Assembly (NCBI RefSeq): GCF_006345805.1 | Contig: NC_042998.1 | Span: forward strand, 25,110,001-25,174,000 | DNA: 64,000 bases | Source of the DNA: Octopus sinensis | Lineage: Eukaryota | Direction of reading: 5' to 3' | Shown here: one piece after another, positions 1 to 12,263 of the stretch | How positions within the stretch are numbered: position 1 is the stretch's first letter | Layout: each line of letters begins with the position of its first letter | Position numbers and translations under genes: made by a program | The notes under the pieces: model-generated | Databases searched by the model: none | The model's input: only the letters and a program-made list of their open reading frames with translations | Told to the model about the DNA's origin: nothing

Positions 1-44
1 ATTGTTCATGTTGATGTTTTATATACTATATTTTTTTCAGTTAG

Positions 45-605
45 TGGGAAGACCTAGCAAGCCAAGTGAGATTGTTGCTGTGGTTGATACCAGTGTCACA
101 TAATCAGTCCATTTAAAAGTACCCTTCAATCGTCAGGCAATATGCTGTGCTTGAGAAGACCTGTTCAGTCAAGTGAGATCATAGCTATGGCCAATGTCAG
201 TGTCACATAACCGGCCCATTTAAAAATACCGTTCAATCATCAAACAATATGCTGTGCTTGAGGAGACCTGTTGAATCAAATGAGATCATAACTATGGCCA
301 ATGCCAGTGTTGCATAACCAATCTTTTAAAAATACCCTTCAATCATCAGAATATATGCTGTGCTTGAGAAAACCTGTTGAGTCAAGTGAGATCATAGTTG
401 TGGCTGATGCCAGTGCTACCTGATTGACACCCATGCAGGTGGCATGTAAAAAGCACCATTTGAGCATGGCCAATGTCAGTGCCAGTGGCACATAAAAGCA
501 CCATTTGAGCGTGGTCGATGCCAATGCTGCCTGACTGGCACCTGTGCCAGTGGCATGTAAAAAGCACCATTCAAGCATCGTTGATGCCAGTGCTGCCTCA
601 CTAGC
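45..605 (+). repeat. ~107-bp tandem repeat grading into family D modules
   Basis: TATGCTGTGCTTGAG at 141, 248 and 354. Confidence 0.75.
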
Positions 606-802
606 CCCCATATCTATAAACAAACAAACATTTAGTACTGCATCATTCAGAAAATTTTCAGAAATCAAAAAAAATCTACAATAAATAATTATTTAATAAA
701 AAAAATTTCACAAAACCATTTTGTAAACAATAATCAACATTTCTAAACCCTTTGATATTTCAAACTGTTGAAAAGTAATTCTGTAGTAAACTGTCATTTA
801 GT

Positions 803-1250
803 AATCCTTTCTACTATAGGCACAAGGCCTGAAATTTGGTGGGATGGAGCCAGTCGATTAGATTGATGCCAGTATGCAACTGGTACTCAATTTATTGGCC
901 CCCGAAAGGATGAAAGGCAAAGTCAACCTCAGCAGAATTTGAACTCAGAACATATGGACAGACAGAATACTGCTAAGCATTTCATGTGGCATGCTAACAA
1001 TTCTGCCGGCTCACTGCTTTACTGTCATTTAATAATCTTTTCTAATCTAAGCACAAGGCATGAAATTTTGGTGGAGAGGGCTAGTTGATTAGATCAACCC
1101 CAGTACACAACTGGTACTTAAATTATCAACCCCAAATGGATGAAAGGCAAAGTTGACCTCAGCAGAATTTGAACTCAGAACATATGGACAGACAAAATAC
1201 TGCTAAGCATTTCACTTGGTGTGCTAATGTTTCTGCCAGCTTGCCACCCT
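803..1250 (-). mobile_element. Two SINE family B copies (tRNA head plus central GCCTTTCATCCTTTCGGGGTCGATAAA-AGTACCAG segment, Meta-domain-like)
   Basis: Adjacent copies ~803-1018 and ~1033-1250. Confidence 0.8.
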
Positions 1251-3059
1251 ACTGTTATTTAATAATCTTTTCTAGGCTTTTGCTCGACTAAAGGCAGTGC
1301 TCTAGCATGGCCACAGTCAAATTACTGAAACAAATATAAAAAAAAGAAAAAAAACAATAATGAAGTGTTCATGGATGGAACATCTTGATCAGAAATGACC
1401 TGGAGCCAAACAACCATTATGGAACCATATTCTTTAGTGGTGTTGTTATTGGCAGTATCAACTTTACTTTTAAGTGTGTTGGTCTCAACTATTTTGTGAT
1501 TATAGTAAGAAGATGATGTCCTTGTACAAGAAACCTGGCTCAAATGCCTGTTACAGAGTAGATTCCATTAACAGTGCTGACCAAAGTGTTGCACTTGCTG
1601 TTGCTTCAAGGCTACTACCAAGAAGTTCCTGGAAATTTTAAAGAATTCCTCAAGTTTCCAACTGATTCTTTGTATGTATTGTCACACTTCCAATTTCACC
1701 TCCGACCATTTCTTCAGTTTTATCAAATTTGTTTATTTTATTTTTTCTATTATTCATCGTCTTTAATTGTTACCAAGACCTGTCATTCAATATGTGCTTT
1801 AGCCTCTTAAAAATTGATTAGATAAAATTAGTGGAAAAATAGCTGATAGATTAATTATATGATGTCAATGAAACTGTTGATATCTACGATAATTTTGTTA
1901 ATCTTAATATACACTCTCTCTTTCATTTAATTTATCAAACCACTAATCACATCTAATTGATTTTGAACTTCCTGATAAAATTTACGAATCTACAATGTAA
2001 AAGTATCTTAAAGTTACTTTTATTTCATATTCTTAACCTTTAAACTTTGAAAGTAATCAGAAAGAAAAAAAAGAAAGAAAAAAACAGAAGAAAATCTAAA
2101 GTCATAGGTGTGTCACTTCCAGTTTTCTGCTACAGAGATATTTGGCAAAAATAAATACGAAAAGTCAGATTGCTAGAACGTACCAAATAAACGTTTCAAA
2201 GAATTCATTTAGATAGAAACAGAAATGTCAGAAATAATTGTACAACATAATGTTATGAAGGAAATTACTACTTTGATAGATTGCACTTAGCGAACTTCTT
2301 TTCAGCTGACTTCTCAATTAATGTTCATTATAATTTGGTTATATATGTCACCGATAAGGTTATGCATAGTTGTTGGCCGTTTAGTTCTATGTGTTCCTTT
2401 TGTGATTTGTCATATTTCATGAGACTACTTTCACTTTTGTGGCTATATTCATTGCTTTTCTGATTATGTGGTTATATCGTTAACATTCATGTTTATATTT
2501 GTTATATTAGTCAATATATTTGCTATGTTAGTGGTTATAATACTTCATTTGTCGTAATATATGTTACATATTTCCTTCTTAGTAATTAGCAATAAAACCG
2601 ATATGTTAGTCATTGTATACAACACTTCCTTAACTAAAGCGGTCGATTAATTTAAAAAACGGTATTATTTGGAACCACCTTTGCTCTATTAAGCTTATTG
2701 TATGAAACAAAAACTTTGAAGTCGCCTTATTATCTTTTTAGTATCGTTTTATGACGTTTCAGCTGTGTATATAGCGAGTTCATCAAAAGTATTTATGTTT
2801 ACATCAACAGAAGTGAAACTTCTGTTTTTTTATTCCCCACTTATATATTAGTTCTTTTACACACTTTCAATCTAGCTTTTTTACTGAGAACTAATGCCAT
2901 GATGTTTCTGATCTAATGAACTGTCTTATTACTTAAAACACATAGCTTTTATGTTCTTGGAACATTTTTCAAACTTGCTGCCATTTTTCTTTTTTTTTTT
3001 TTTTTTTGAGGTAGGTACGTTTATAACTGTATTTTGCATCAATATTTACACGCAATTAT

Positions 3060-3068
3060 ATATGTTTG

Positions 3069-3103
<35 letters not shown>

Positions 3104-3260
3104 CACACACATATATACATACATATATATACTTACAAACATATATATATAAATACATATATGTATATACATACACACACACACATATATATATAAATAC
3201 ATATATGTATATACATACACACACACACACACATATATATATATAAACACACACACACAC

Positions 3261-3311
<51 letters not shown>

Positions 3312-3464
3312 ACTCATGTGGCTTTGATTTATACAATGTCTTTCTGAAGTAAAATATACAATGCATAGGTTTCCGCTTGACATGAGTATGTATATATATA
3401 TGTCTATATGTGCATATATATGTGTGTGTTTGTGTGTGTGTGTACATATATATATATATATATA

Positions 3465-3495
<31 letters not shown>

Positions 3496-3555
3496 TATAT
3501 ACATACATATATATACTTACAAACATATATATATAATACATATATGTATATACAT

Positions 3556-3615
<60 letters not shown>
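3060..3615. repeat. Compound (TA)n/(CA)n microsatellites
   Basis: Directly visible. Confidence 0.95.
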
Positions 3616-3618
<3 letters not shown>

Positions 3619-4514
3619 AGTACATGGAATTTTGTCAGTGAAGAGGTCATGGTCTCAAAGCGACGAAAATATTTTGGGAAATTAAATTTCAATGTTAAAG
3701 TCAATCTAACGATTTTTTGTGTGTTTCTTAAATGGCTCATAGACACCTTCCACACTGCAATTGTTTTTGTTCCAGCATGTGATCTCAGATCAGGTCACTT
3801 GCTATGCAAGTACATCTCTGTAATATATATATATGTATGTATACATGTGTGTGTGTCTCTGTGTATTTACTGGATCCTCTATACTCCATGCTATTCTTTT
3901 TTTTCTTTTTTGCTGCATGCAGTTGTTTGATATTTACCAAATTGTCCATTCAACCATTTCTTCAAACACATATTTAACAGCGTTGTTTACTAGCCAATGA
4001 CTCCAAATCTCTACTTATCACATACTTCTATGATGCAAAACATATCATTAATAACTAAATTTCTATGCAGCCAAACAAGTTTTAATCCTCAGCTAATCTC
4101 ACCTGGTAACTAAGCGCTCTGATTTACCAACGATCACTGAAGCATTATCCTATCATTGATTTAAAGTAGAGAAATTACTTTTACTTCCTGTCTCTTCACA
4201 TTGATCTAGATGAGTATTATTCTTGCTCAGAATCATTTTTACCAATTCTCATAATTAATTTCACAGAAGCAAACCTTCATTTCCTCTTGATTTCTGTGTA
4301 CAATGAATAAACACTAAAGACTAAAGACTCGAGTCTAGTAATGACTTCAACTCATCTGTCAAGCGGAAGCCTCTGCATTGTATATTATACTTCAGGAAGA
4401 CATTGCATAAATCAAAGCCACATGAGTTTTGACAGCTATCTGTTATGCTCCAAATCAAATAAAAATACAGTGTATTAGGGGGGGATCCCCCCTGTCCTGT
4501 ATGCTAGTCATAAG

Positions 4515-5104
4515 TGCTGTATTTTTACTCATGTAAGGAACCCATTTGTGTCAAAAATTAGGTTAAAAAATATGGGTGTTTCTTATACATGGTTAGTATT
4601 ACTCTTTTACTTGTTTCAGTGAATTGACTGTGGCCATACTGGAGCACTGCCTTTTTTTTAGTCGAGCAAGTCAACCCCAGGACTTATTCTTCATAAGCCT
4701 AGTACTTATTCTATTGTTCTCTTTTGCCGAACTGCTAAGTTATGGAGACGTAAACACACCAGCATTGGTTGTCAAGTGATGTTGGGGAGGACAAACACAG
4801 ACACACATACATATACACACACACATATACATATATATATATGTATATACATATATACGACGGACTTCTTTCAGTTTCCGCCTACCAAATCCACTCACAA
4901 GGCTTTGGTCGGCCCGAGGCTATAGTAGAAGACACTTGCCCAAGGTGTCACGTAGTGGGACTGAACCCGAAACCATGTGGTTTGTAAGCCAGCTACTTAC
5001 CACACAGCCACTAATTAATAAATTACTTCATCCCTGGAACCTCAAATCTCCAAATTAGGGGTTTCCTTATACAGGTGGGTTCCTTATACATGTTAGAATA
5101 CTGT
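4515..5104. mobile_element. Degenerate pogo/Tigger-like MITE split by a SINE A
   Basis: Loose inverted ends CTGTATTTTTACTCATGTAAGG / CCTTATACATGTTAGAATACTG. Confidence 0.35.
4600..5012 (-). mobile_element. SINE family A (tRNA head, CORE-like ACCTTGGGCAAGT segment, internal microsatellite, LINE-type tail)
   Basis: Near-full copy homologous to more than 10 others in the window. Confidence 0.85.
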
Positions 5105-5659
5105 AACAGAATGTATAGAAATAATGCTAGGTTAGTGTAATAGTTAAGGTAACAGTTAAAATACAAAACCACTGAGTAAGCATGTCGGATGATTTATACT
5201 TCAGAGTCAGTGCTAACTTGGCAAGTAATTTCAAGCACACAGAGGTTAGAAGATTTAAATGCCATGATCGTGTGTATATAGATGTACTTAAGAAGAAGCA
5301 TGAATTCTTGACTTATAAATCATGACAAACATCATCATCATCACCATAACCACCACCACCACCACTGCCAATATCACCACCAATACCACCACCATCACCA
5401 ATGCCACTACTACTACCTCACCGCCGGCGCCACCACAACCGCCACTGTCACCACTACCACCACCACCACTACCACCACCACCACCACAATCATCATCATC
5501 ATCATGGTCATCCTTAATGTCTGCTTTTCATGCTGGTATAGGTTGGATGGTTTCACAGGAGCTTGCAAAGTCAGGCACCACACCAGGTTCCACTGTCTGT
5601 TTTAGCATGGACAACAGACGTTAAGTGATGATGATGATAATAATGATGATGATGCTTGA

Positions 5660-6035
5660 ACAGGCAGGCACTGTCAGCTTCCAAAAATGCCATCTTGAAA
5701 CTCACGAACAAAATCACTCTACTGTACCAGTCTAACAACATTCAGAGGTCCTCAAGTATTCAACTGCTTACCGAAAGAGATTCGAAATATAAAAGGAACC
5801 CCCTACAGAAACTTTCAAAAAGGCATTGGATGGACTCCTAGTGACAATACCTGACCAATCAACCAACCATTCATGGATACTCTTTGGGGAGATCAGTGAC
5901 TACAAACCTGATAAGCGACCAACTTTCACTCATAAAGCGACAACAAAATTAAAGCTAAAAAAAAAAAAAACAGAAAAAAATTAAGGCGGTGCTTCAGCAT
6001 GGCCACAGTCCAGTGACTGAAACCATTAAAAGAAA
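5660..6035 (+). mobile_element. CR1/L2-group LINE 3' fragment ending in the tail shared with SINE family A
   Basis: FRGPQVFNCLPKEIRNIKG / ETFKKALDGLLVTIPDQ across a frameshift, then GGCGGTGCTTCAGCATGGCCACAGTCCAGTGACTGAAAC. Confidence 0.75.
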
Positions 6036-6142
6036 GAATGTGCATCTGTGGGCTGTGATTGCTTCAGCCCATGACAGGCCTACGATCAAAGGTGTTCTGC
6101 CTGTTATAATCCCATCATTTTGTGAATTCATAACTACATTAT

Positions 6143-6450
6143 GTGGAGGCACATGGCCTAGTGGTTAGAGCAGCAGACTCACGGTCGAGGGATTGCAGGT
6201 TCGAATCTCAGACGGGGCGATGTGTGTGTTTATGAGCGAAACACCTAAGCTCCACGCAGCTCCGGCAGAAGGTAATGGCAATCTTCTGCTGACTCTTTCG
6301 CCACAACTTTCTCTCACACTTTCTTCCTGCATCTTGCAGCTCACCTGTGATGGACCGGCGTCTCATCCAGGTGGGGAACCTATACCCCAAGGAAACTGGA
6401 AAACCAGCTCATATGAGCCAGGCGTGGCTCGAGAAGGAACAAACAAATAA
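6143..6450 (+). mobile_element. SINE family C (tRNA head, V-domain-like GATGGACCGGCGTCCCATCCAG, tail GGCTCGAGAAGGAAC)
   Basis: A/B boxes TGGCCTAGTGG and GGTTCGAATCT; second copy at 52902-53208. Confidence 0.8.
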
Positions 6451-6865
6451 GAATATACCTGTTATAATCCCATCATATGCAAAGCAAATTCTTTTTGACA
6501 AACGATGGTGGTATACGAATTGAAGAAGATTTGGCTGCTATTTTTAGCGGGTCAAGCAAAGTGGAATGTCTGGTGTCTGTGTGTCAGAGTATATGGTGTG
6601 TCATGTTGCATCCCTTAACAGGTAAGGCTTAGTCATTTAAAAAACAGAAATCAATAAAATAGTGTTTCATCATATATCTGCCCTTTAATTATTGGTGCAT
6701 CAAGTTCACATATAAAATATGAAACCGTATTAAAATTTATTTTGTGGTCGAGAAGATTAAATGATGTTTTTCTTTCTTTTTTTGTTTTTTGCTCTTTGGT
6801 TATTAAATATCAAGGAAAAGGAAGGTTTTATGAGTTAAAAACTAAATGTGTGAAATAAAAATACA

Positions 6866-7261
6866 TAGGCGTAGGAATGGCTGTGTGGTAAGTAGCTTGC
6901 TTATGAACCACATAGTTCTGGGTTCAGTTCCACTGCGTGGCACCTTGGGCAAGTGTCTTCTACTATAGCCTCGGGCCGACCAAAGCCTTGTGAGTGGATT
7001 TGGTAGATGGAAACTGAATAGATATATATGTATGTGTGTGTGTATATGTTTGTGTGTCTGTGTTTGTCCCCCCCAACATCGCTTGACAACCAATGCTGGT
7101 GTATTTACGTCTCCATAACTTAGCGGTTTGGCAAAAGAGACCAATAGAATAAGTACTAGGCTTACAAAGAATAAGCTCTGGGGTCGATTTGCTCGACTAA
7201 AGGCGGTGCTCCAGCATGGCTACAGTCAAATGACTGAAACAAGTAAAAGAGTAAAAGAGTA
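6866..7261 (+). mobile_element. SINE family A, full length
   Basis: A box TGGCTGTGTGG, B-box-like GGTTCAGTTCC, ACCTTGGGCAAGT, tail (AAAAGAGT)n. Confidence 0.88.
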
Positions 7262-7569
7262 AGTGTATTATCTTTTGTCTATTTTTTTACTTGTTTCAGT
7301 TATTTGACTGTGGTCATGCTGGAGCACTACCTTGAAGCCGAACAAATTGACCCCAAGACTTATATTTTTCTCCAGAGGCTGGAGTGGTGCTCAGTCAGAG
7401 AAATACAGTGATAACAAGGCAGCAGATTCTGCCCTTAGGACAATATGTCCAAGTTATGTATGGAAAGGATCACCGACACAAGTTTTAATCTAAAAATTAT
7501 TTTTTAGAATATTGTTATTTTTAAGTGATTTTCAGCTTATGAATTAAGACAAATTTATTATTATTGTTT

Positions 7570-7860
7570 CATCGTTTTATTGGTTTCATCCAGTGGTTGA
7601 GGCCATGCTGGGGCACAATCTTCCAGTATGATTGGATTTCTTTTTTATATTGTTTCTTCTGAAGTAGCAGGATCGATGGAGCTGTTCTTTTTTGTGCCTT
7701 CTGCAGCACTGTGGGTTCGTCTGGTATCTCAGGTAAAAATGTGTGCAAGTATTCTTTGAAGACCCCCCCCCCTACATCTACATCTCATAAATCTCTGAAG
7801 CTGTTTGGCAGAATGTTGATTACTTGTGGACCCCTAAAACGCAAGCTGTTACAGTACTAT
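7570..7860 (-). mobile_element. CR1/L2-group LINE 3' fragment with the same tail type
   Basis: Minus strand YCNSLRFRGPQVINILPN...FKEYLHTFLPEIPDEPT..., then GTGCCCCAGCATGGCC...GAAAC. Confidence 0.7.
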
Positions 7861-7871
7861 ATTGTGTACAT

Positions 7872-8250
7872 ATTCTTTTATTTGTTTCAGTCATTTGACT
7901 GTAACCATGCTGGAGCACCACCTTTAGTCAAATAGGATTATTTTTTGTAAGCCTGGTACTTATTCTATCGGTCTCTTTCACCGAACTGCTAAGTTACGGG
8001 GACATAAACACACCAACATCAGTTATCAAGCTATATTGGGGTGGGGAAACAAACACAGACGCACAAACATATATATATATATATATACGACAGGGTTCTT
8101 CCAGTTTCTGCCTACCAAACCCACTCACAAGGCTTTGGTCGGCCTGAGGCTATAGTAGAAGACACTTGGCCAAGGTGCCATGCAGTAGGACTGAACCTGG
8201 AACCATGTGGCTGGTAAGTAAGCTACTTACCACACAGCCACTCCTGCACC
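7872..8250 (-). mobile_element. SINE family A
   Basis: Full-length homology to other copies. Confidence 0.85.
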
Positions 8251-8313
<63 letters not shown>

Positions 8314-8420
8314 AACACACATATATATATGTATAATATATGTATAACATGTGTATATATATATATATATATTATATATATATATATATATAACATATAT
8401 ATATACATACATATATATAT

Positions 8421-8545
8421 ACCGGAGTAAACACATAAATGTGAAACAAGGTGGAAAAAAGAGTACTCAAATACCAGTGGTAGAGTAATATGCTTTAAAT
8501 AAAGCATATTACTCTACCACTGGTATTGGAGTACTCTTTTTTTTA
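8421..8545. mobile_element. Short foldback element in (TA)n
   Basis: AAAAAAGAGTACTCAAATACCAGTGGTAGAGTAATATGCTTT followed by its near-perfect reverse complement; ~30-bp one-sided tail; (TA)n both sides. Confidence 0.55.
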
Positions 8546-9701
8546 CATATATATATATATACACATATACATGTGTTTGTGTGTATGTGTGTGTGTGTGT
8601 GGTGTGTATTTCCAAGGAAACATATGCATAATTACTTATTAGCCTATATGTATATTTACCCCTTACATGCAGCTCATACAACCACCCCAAAATATACGTA
8701 ATACAATTAGTCACACACACACTCTACTTATATTTATATATATACGAGTAAATATATAATTCAATTATTATAATTCTTGCTCACCATTCAACAACTTCTG
8801 TTTGAATTGCAGCCAATTTATTTTTCTCTTGGCTTTTGTAAGAACATATTCATCATTTTGCGTAAAAAGGTTTAGCGTAGAAGAAGGAAGATGGTTATCT
8901 CATACAAAGAATCAAGTCTGGAGAAGAGTAAACAACAAAAGCAATTCAATTATTATTAATAATAATATTTAATTTAAAATCGGAAAAGGCTTTTTTCCGT
9001 GTATTTTGTGAACAGCTTTCAAATGTCCCATTGTTATATGTTACGAGCGTTAGCCCATATTCATTAAAATTCTCGTAATTTTTATTGTTGCTTTTATTTT
9101 GATTTCCTGTTACCTACTTGGCACTTGTTCAACATGGTAAATCTGTTAGTGTTACGATGTTTGAAATAGACACTTTCGTTGTTCTTCGGTGGCTAATATT
9201 ACTGCTAAGTCATGATTGAGTACTGTTCTAGTTTTTGTCTTCATCATCATCATCATCATCAACGTCATCATCATCATCATCATCGTTATCATCATTACCA
9301 TCGTTACCTCACTGTAATGGATGTAGGTTTAGATAGCTATTATTGCCTCTGTTGCATGTACAACAAGTACAAACAGAAATTAAAGGTGATGCACAATTGA
9401 GGTTATTGTTTGTGTTTCTGTAAATAAGACAACAAAAAGAAAAAAATATACAGAAACAAAATAAAAAACATGACAAAATGAAAAATAAAAGGAAAAAGAA
9501 AAAAGAAAAGATGATAGAATAGAGTTAGGGCTAGGGTTATTAAGAATCTTATATTCATTTTTATTTATTATTTTTTTTTTTGAGTGGTGGTGTGAACCAC
9601 ATGGTTCCAAGCTCAATTCTGCTGTGTACCGACTTGTGCTATACAAGTGGCTTGTGCTATAGCTTTTGAGATTATCCAATAATTTATAAGGGGAATAAAT
9701 T

Positions 9702-9734
<33 letters not shown>

Positions 9735-9795
9735 GCATGTATGTAAATATATACATATATATATATAAAAATACATGTGAATATATATATATGTA

Positions 9796-9839
<44 letters not shown>

Positions 9840-10119
9840 TATATATAAATATATAGCAATTAAGGACAACTACTTAATAAGGAAAACTTAACAAGAAATT
9901 GTCAGGTAGATAGCGTGAAAGACCTCATAAGAGAAAAAATTTCGAAAATAATTATTTCTTATTGAACATATTAATTTATATATAGAGGGCATTATACATA
10001 CATGCCAGAGGGCATTATACATACATGCCACACGCTAAGAGGGACAATTAGTCATTTCTACCAAAAATTTTACTAATCCCACCGAATGCAATTTTTCAAA
10101 GTAAGGCATTTAAAAATAT

Positions 10120-10167
10120 AGACCTGTATCACAGTGATTTCATACTTACGCATTCATCAGCAGGCCT
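10120..10167 (-). ncRNA. Type I hammerhead ribozyme motif (array copy 1)
   Basis: Minus strand reads AGGCCUG-CUGAUGA-AUGC-GUAA-GUAU-GAAA-UCAC-U-GUGAU-A-CAGGUCU: full core, stems I-III, AUA cleavage triplet. Confidence 0.85.
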
Positions 10168-10797
10168 GGACGTATCATAAATAAACGACCCTGCCTCGCC
10201 GAAGCCGATCAGCTAACTGATCAACATCAACGAAGCACATGGGTGAGTTTACATATATTACATCCGGTAAATGGCAGACTTTTACGAATTGCATTTCGGG
10301 AAAGGAAAAGTTTTTTCGGAATAAAAATTTAGCAATTAAGGACAACTACTTAATAAGGAAAACTTAACAAGAAATTGTCAGGTAGATAGCGTGAAAGACC
10401 TCATAAGAGAAAAAATTTCGAAAATAATTATTTCTTATTGAACATATTAATTTATATATAGAGGGCATTATACATACATGCCAGAGGGCATTATACATAC
10501 ATGCCACATATAAATTAATATGTTCAATAAGAAATAATTATTTTCGAAATTTTTTCTCTTATGAGGTCTTTCACGCTATCTACCTGACAATTTCTTGTTA
10601 AGTTTTCCTTATTAAGTAGTTGTCCTTAATTGCTAAATTTTTATTCCGAAAAAACTTTTCCTTTCCCGAAATGCAATTCGTAAAAGTCTGCCATTTACCG
10701 GATGTAATATATGTAAACTCACCCATGTGCTTCGTTGATGTTGATCAGTTAGCTGATCAGCTTCAGCGAGGCAGGGTCGTTTATTTATGATACGTCC

Positions 10798-10845
10798 AGG
10801 CCTGCTGATGAATACGTAAGTATGAAATCACTGTGATACAGGTCT
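10798..10845 (+). ncRNA. Type I hammerhead ribozyme motif (array copy 2)
   Basis: AGGCCUG-CUGAUGA-AUAC-GUAA-GUAU-GAAA-UCAC-U-GUGAU-A-CAGGUCU. Stem I 7 bp, stem II 4 bp with GNRA loop, palindromic stem III, predicted cut after 10838. Confidence 0.88.
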
Positions 10846-11242
10846 ATATTTTTAAATGCCTTACTTTGAAAAATTGCATTCGGTGGGATTAGTAAAATTT
10901 TTGGTAGAAATGACTAATTGTCCCTCTGGCATGTATGTATAATGCCCTCTATATATAAATTAATATGTTCAATAAGAAATAATTATTTTCGAAATTTTTT
11001 CTCTTATGAGGTCTTTCACGCTATCTACCTGACAATTTCTTGTTAAGTTTTCCTTATTAAGTAGTTGTCCTTAATTGCTAAATTTTTATCCCGAAAAAAC
11101 TTTTCCTTTCCCGAAATGCAATTCGTAAAAGTCTGCCATTTACCGGATGTAATATATGTAAACTCACCCATGTGCTTCGTTGATGTTGATCAGTTAGCTG
11201 ATCGGCTTCAGCGAGGCAGGGTCGTTTATTTATGATACGTCC

Positions 11243-11290
11243 AGGCCTGCTGATGAATACGTAAGTATGAAATCACTGTGATACAGGTCT
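11243..11290 (+). ncRNA. Type I hammerhead ribozyme motif (array copy 3)
   Basis: Identical to copy 2. Predicted cut after 11283, 445 nt downstream of the copy 2 site (453 minus an 8-bp deletion). Confidence 0.88.
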
Positions 11291-11450
11291 ATATTTTTAA
11301 ATGTCTTACTTTGAAAAATTGCATTCGGTGGGATTAGTAAAATTTTTGGTAGAAATGACTAATTGTCCCTCTTAGCGTGTGGCATGTATGTATAATGCCC
11401 TCTATATATAAATTTATATATAAATATATATATATATATGAAGAATATAT

Positions 11451-11502
<52 letters not shown>

Positions 11503-11845
11503 GTATATATATATATATATGTATGTGTATTCACATGTATTTATATATATATAGAAGTACATACACACATACACATATGTATATATATGTATTTATGTAT
11601 ATGCATATATGCAGCATGGTACCGTTAACATCATGTATGCAGGTGAATAGGACAATTTTCAAAGTGCTGTTTTAAATGCTTCTTTCTATAACTATGCCAA
11701 CTCAGTTAAAGTGGTTTGGCATAGTTATAGAAGGGGCCTAAATCAGTAACTGGGTTAGTTCCTCTGTTATGAATAAGAGAGAAACACCTTTTACTTACCA
11801 GCTGTGCATTATTCAGATTGGATTACAAAATATATCTTCAACCAT

Positions 11846-12054
11846 TCTCTTTACTCTTTACTCTTTTACTTGTTTCAGTCATGTGACTGTGGCCATGCTG
11901 GAGCACCACCTTTAGTCGAGCAAATCAACCCCAGGACTTATTCTTTGTAAGCCTAGTACTTAATCTATCGGTCTCTTTTTGCCGAACCGCTAAGTTACGG
12001 GGACGTAAACACACCACCATCGGTTGTCAAGCGATGTTGGGGGGACAAACACAG

Positions 12055-12085
<31 letters not shown>

Positions 12086-12263
12086 CATATACATATATAT
12101 GACGGGCTTCTTTCAGTTTCCGTCTACTAAATCCACTCACAAGGCTTTGGTCGGCCCGAGGCTATAGTAGAAGATACTTGCCCAAGGTGCCACGTAGTAG
12201 GACTGAACCCGGAACCATGTGGTTGGTAAACAAGCTACTTACCACACAGCCACTCCTGCACCT
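11846..12263 (-). mobile_element. SINE family A
   Basis: Full length, most CpGs retained. Confidence 0.88.

Larger units (their letters stand above)
9854..11410. mobile_element. Hammerhead-containing tandem plus inverted array of a 453-bp non-coding unit (retrozyme / non-autonomous Penelope-like pLTR type)
   Basis: Unit repeats directly at 9854 and 10330 (period 476 = 453 + a 23-bp internal duplication), flips at 10508, then two reverse copies run to ~11410. Both ends abut (TA)n. Each complete unit has a hammerhead core. Confidence 0.8.

Noticed and set aside
1675-1725. Minus-strand CUGAAGA...GAAA with a possible stem III
   Set aside because: No stem I or stem II pairing; expected by chance.
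3034-3755. Long ORFs made of Y/I/C/V/H/T (also 22675-23352, 43966-44295, 56815-57279, 58693-59390)
   Set aside because: Translations of (TA)n, (CA)n, (ATT)n and (TACA)n microsatellites; not proteins.
6143-6225. tRNA-like heads of the SINEs
   Set aside because: A/B boxes are present but cloverleafs are broken and run into SINE bodies; not tRNA genes.
9854-11410. Pure assembly or amplification chimera as the explanation for the array
   Set aside because: Copies carry distinct substitutions, an 8-bp deletion and a 23-bp duplication, and other loci show the same asymmetric foldback design; long reads are still needed to exclude it fully.
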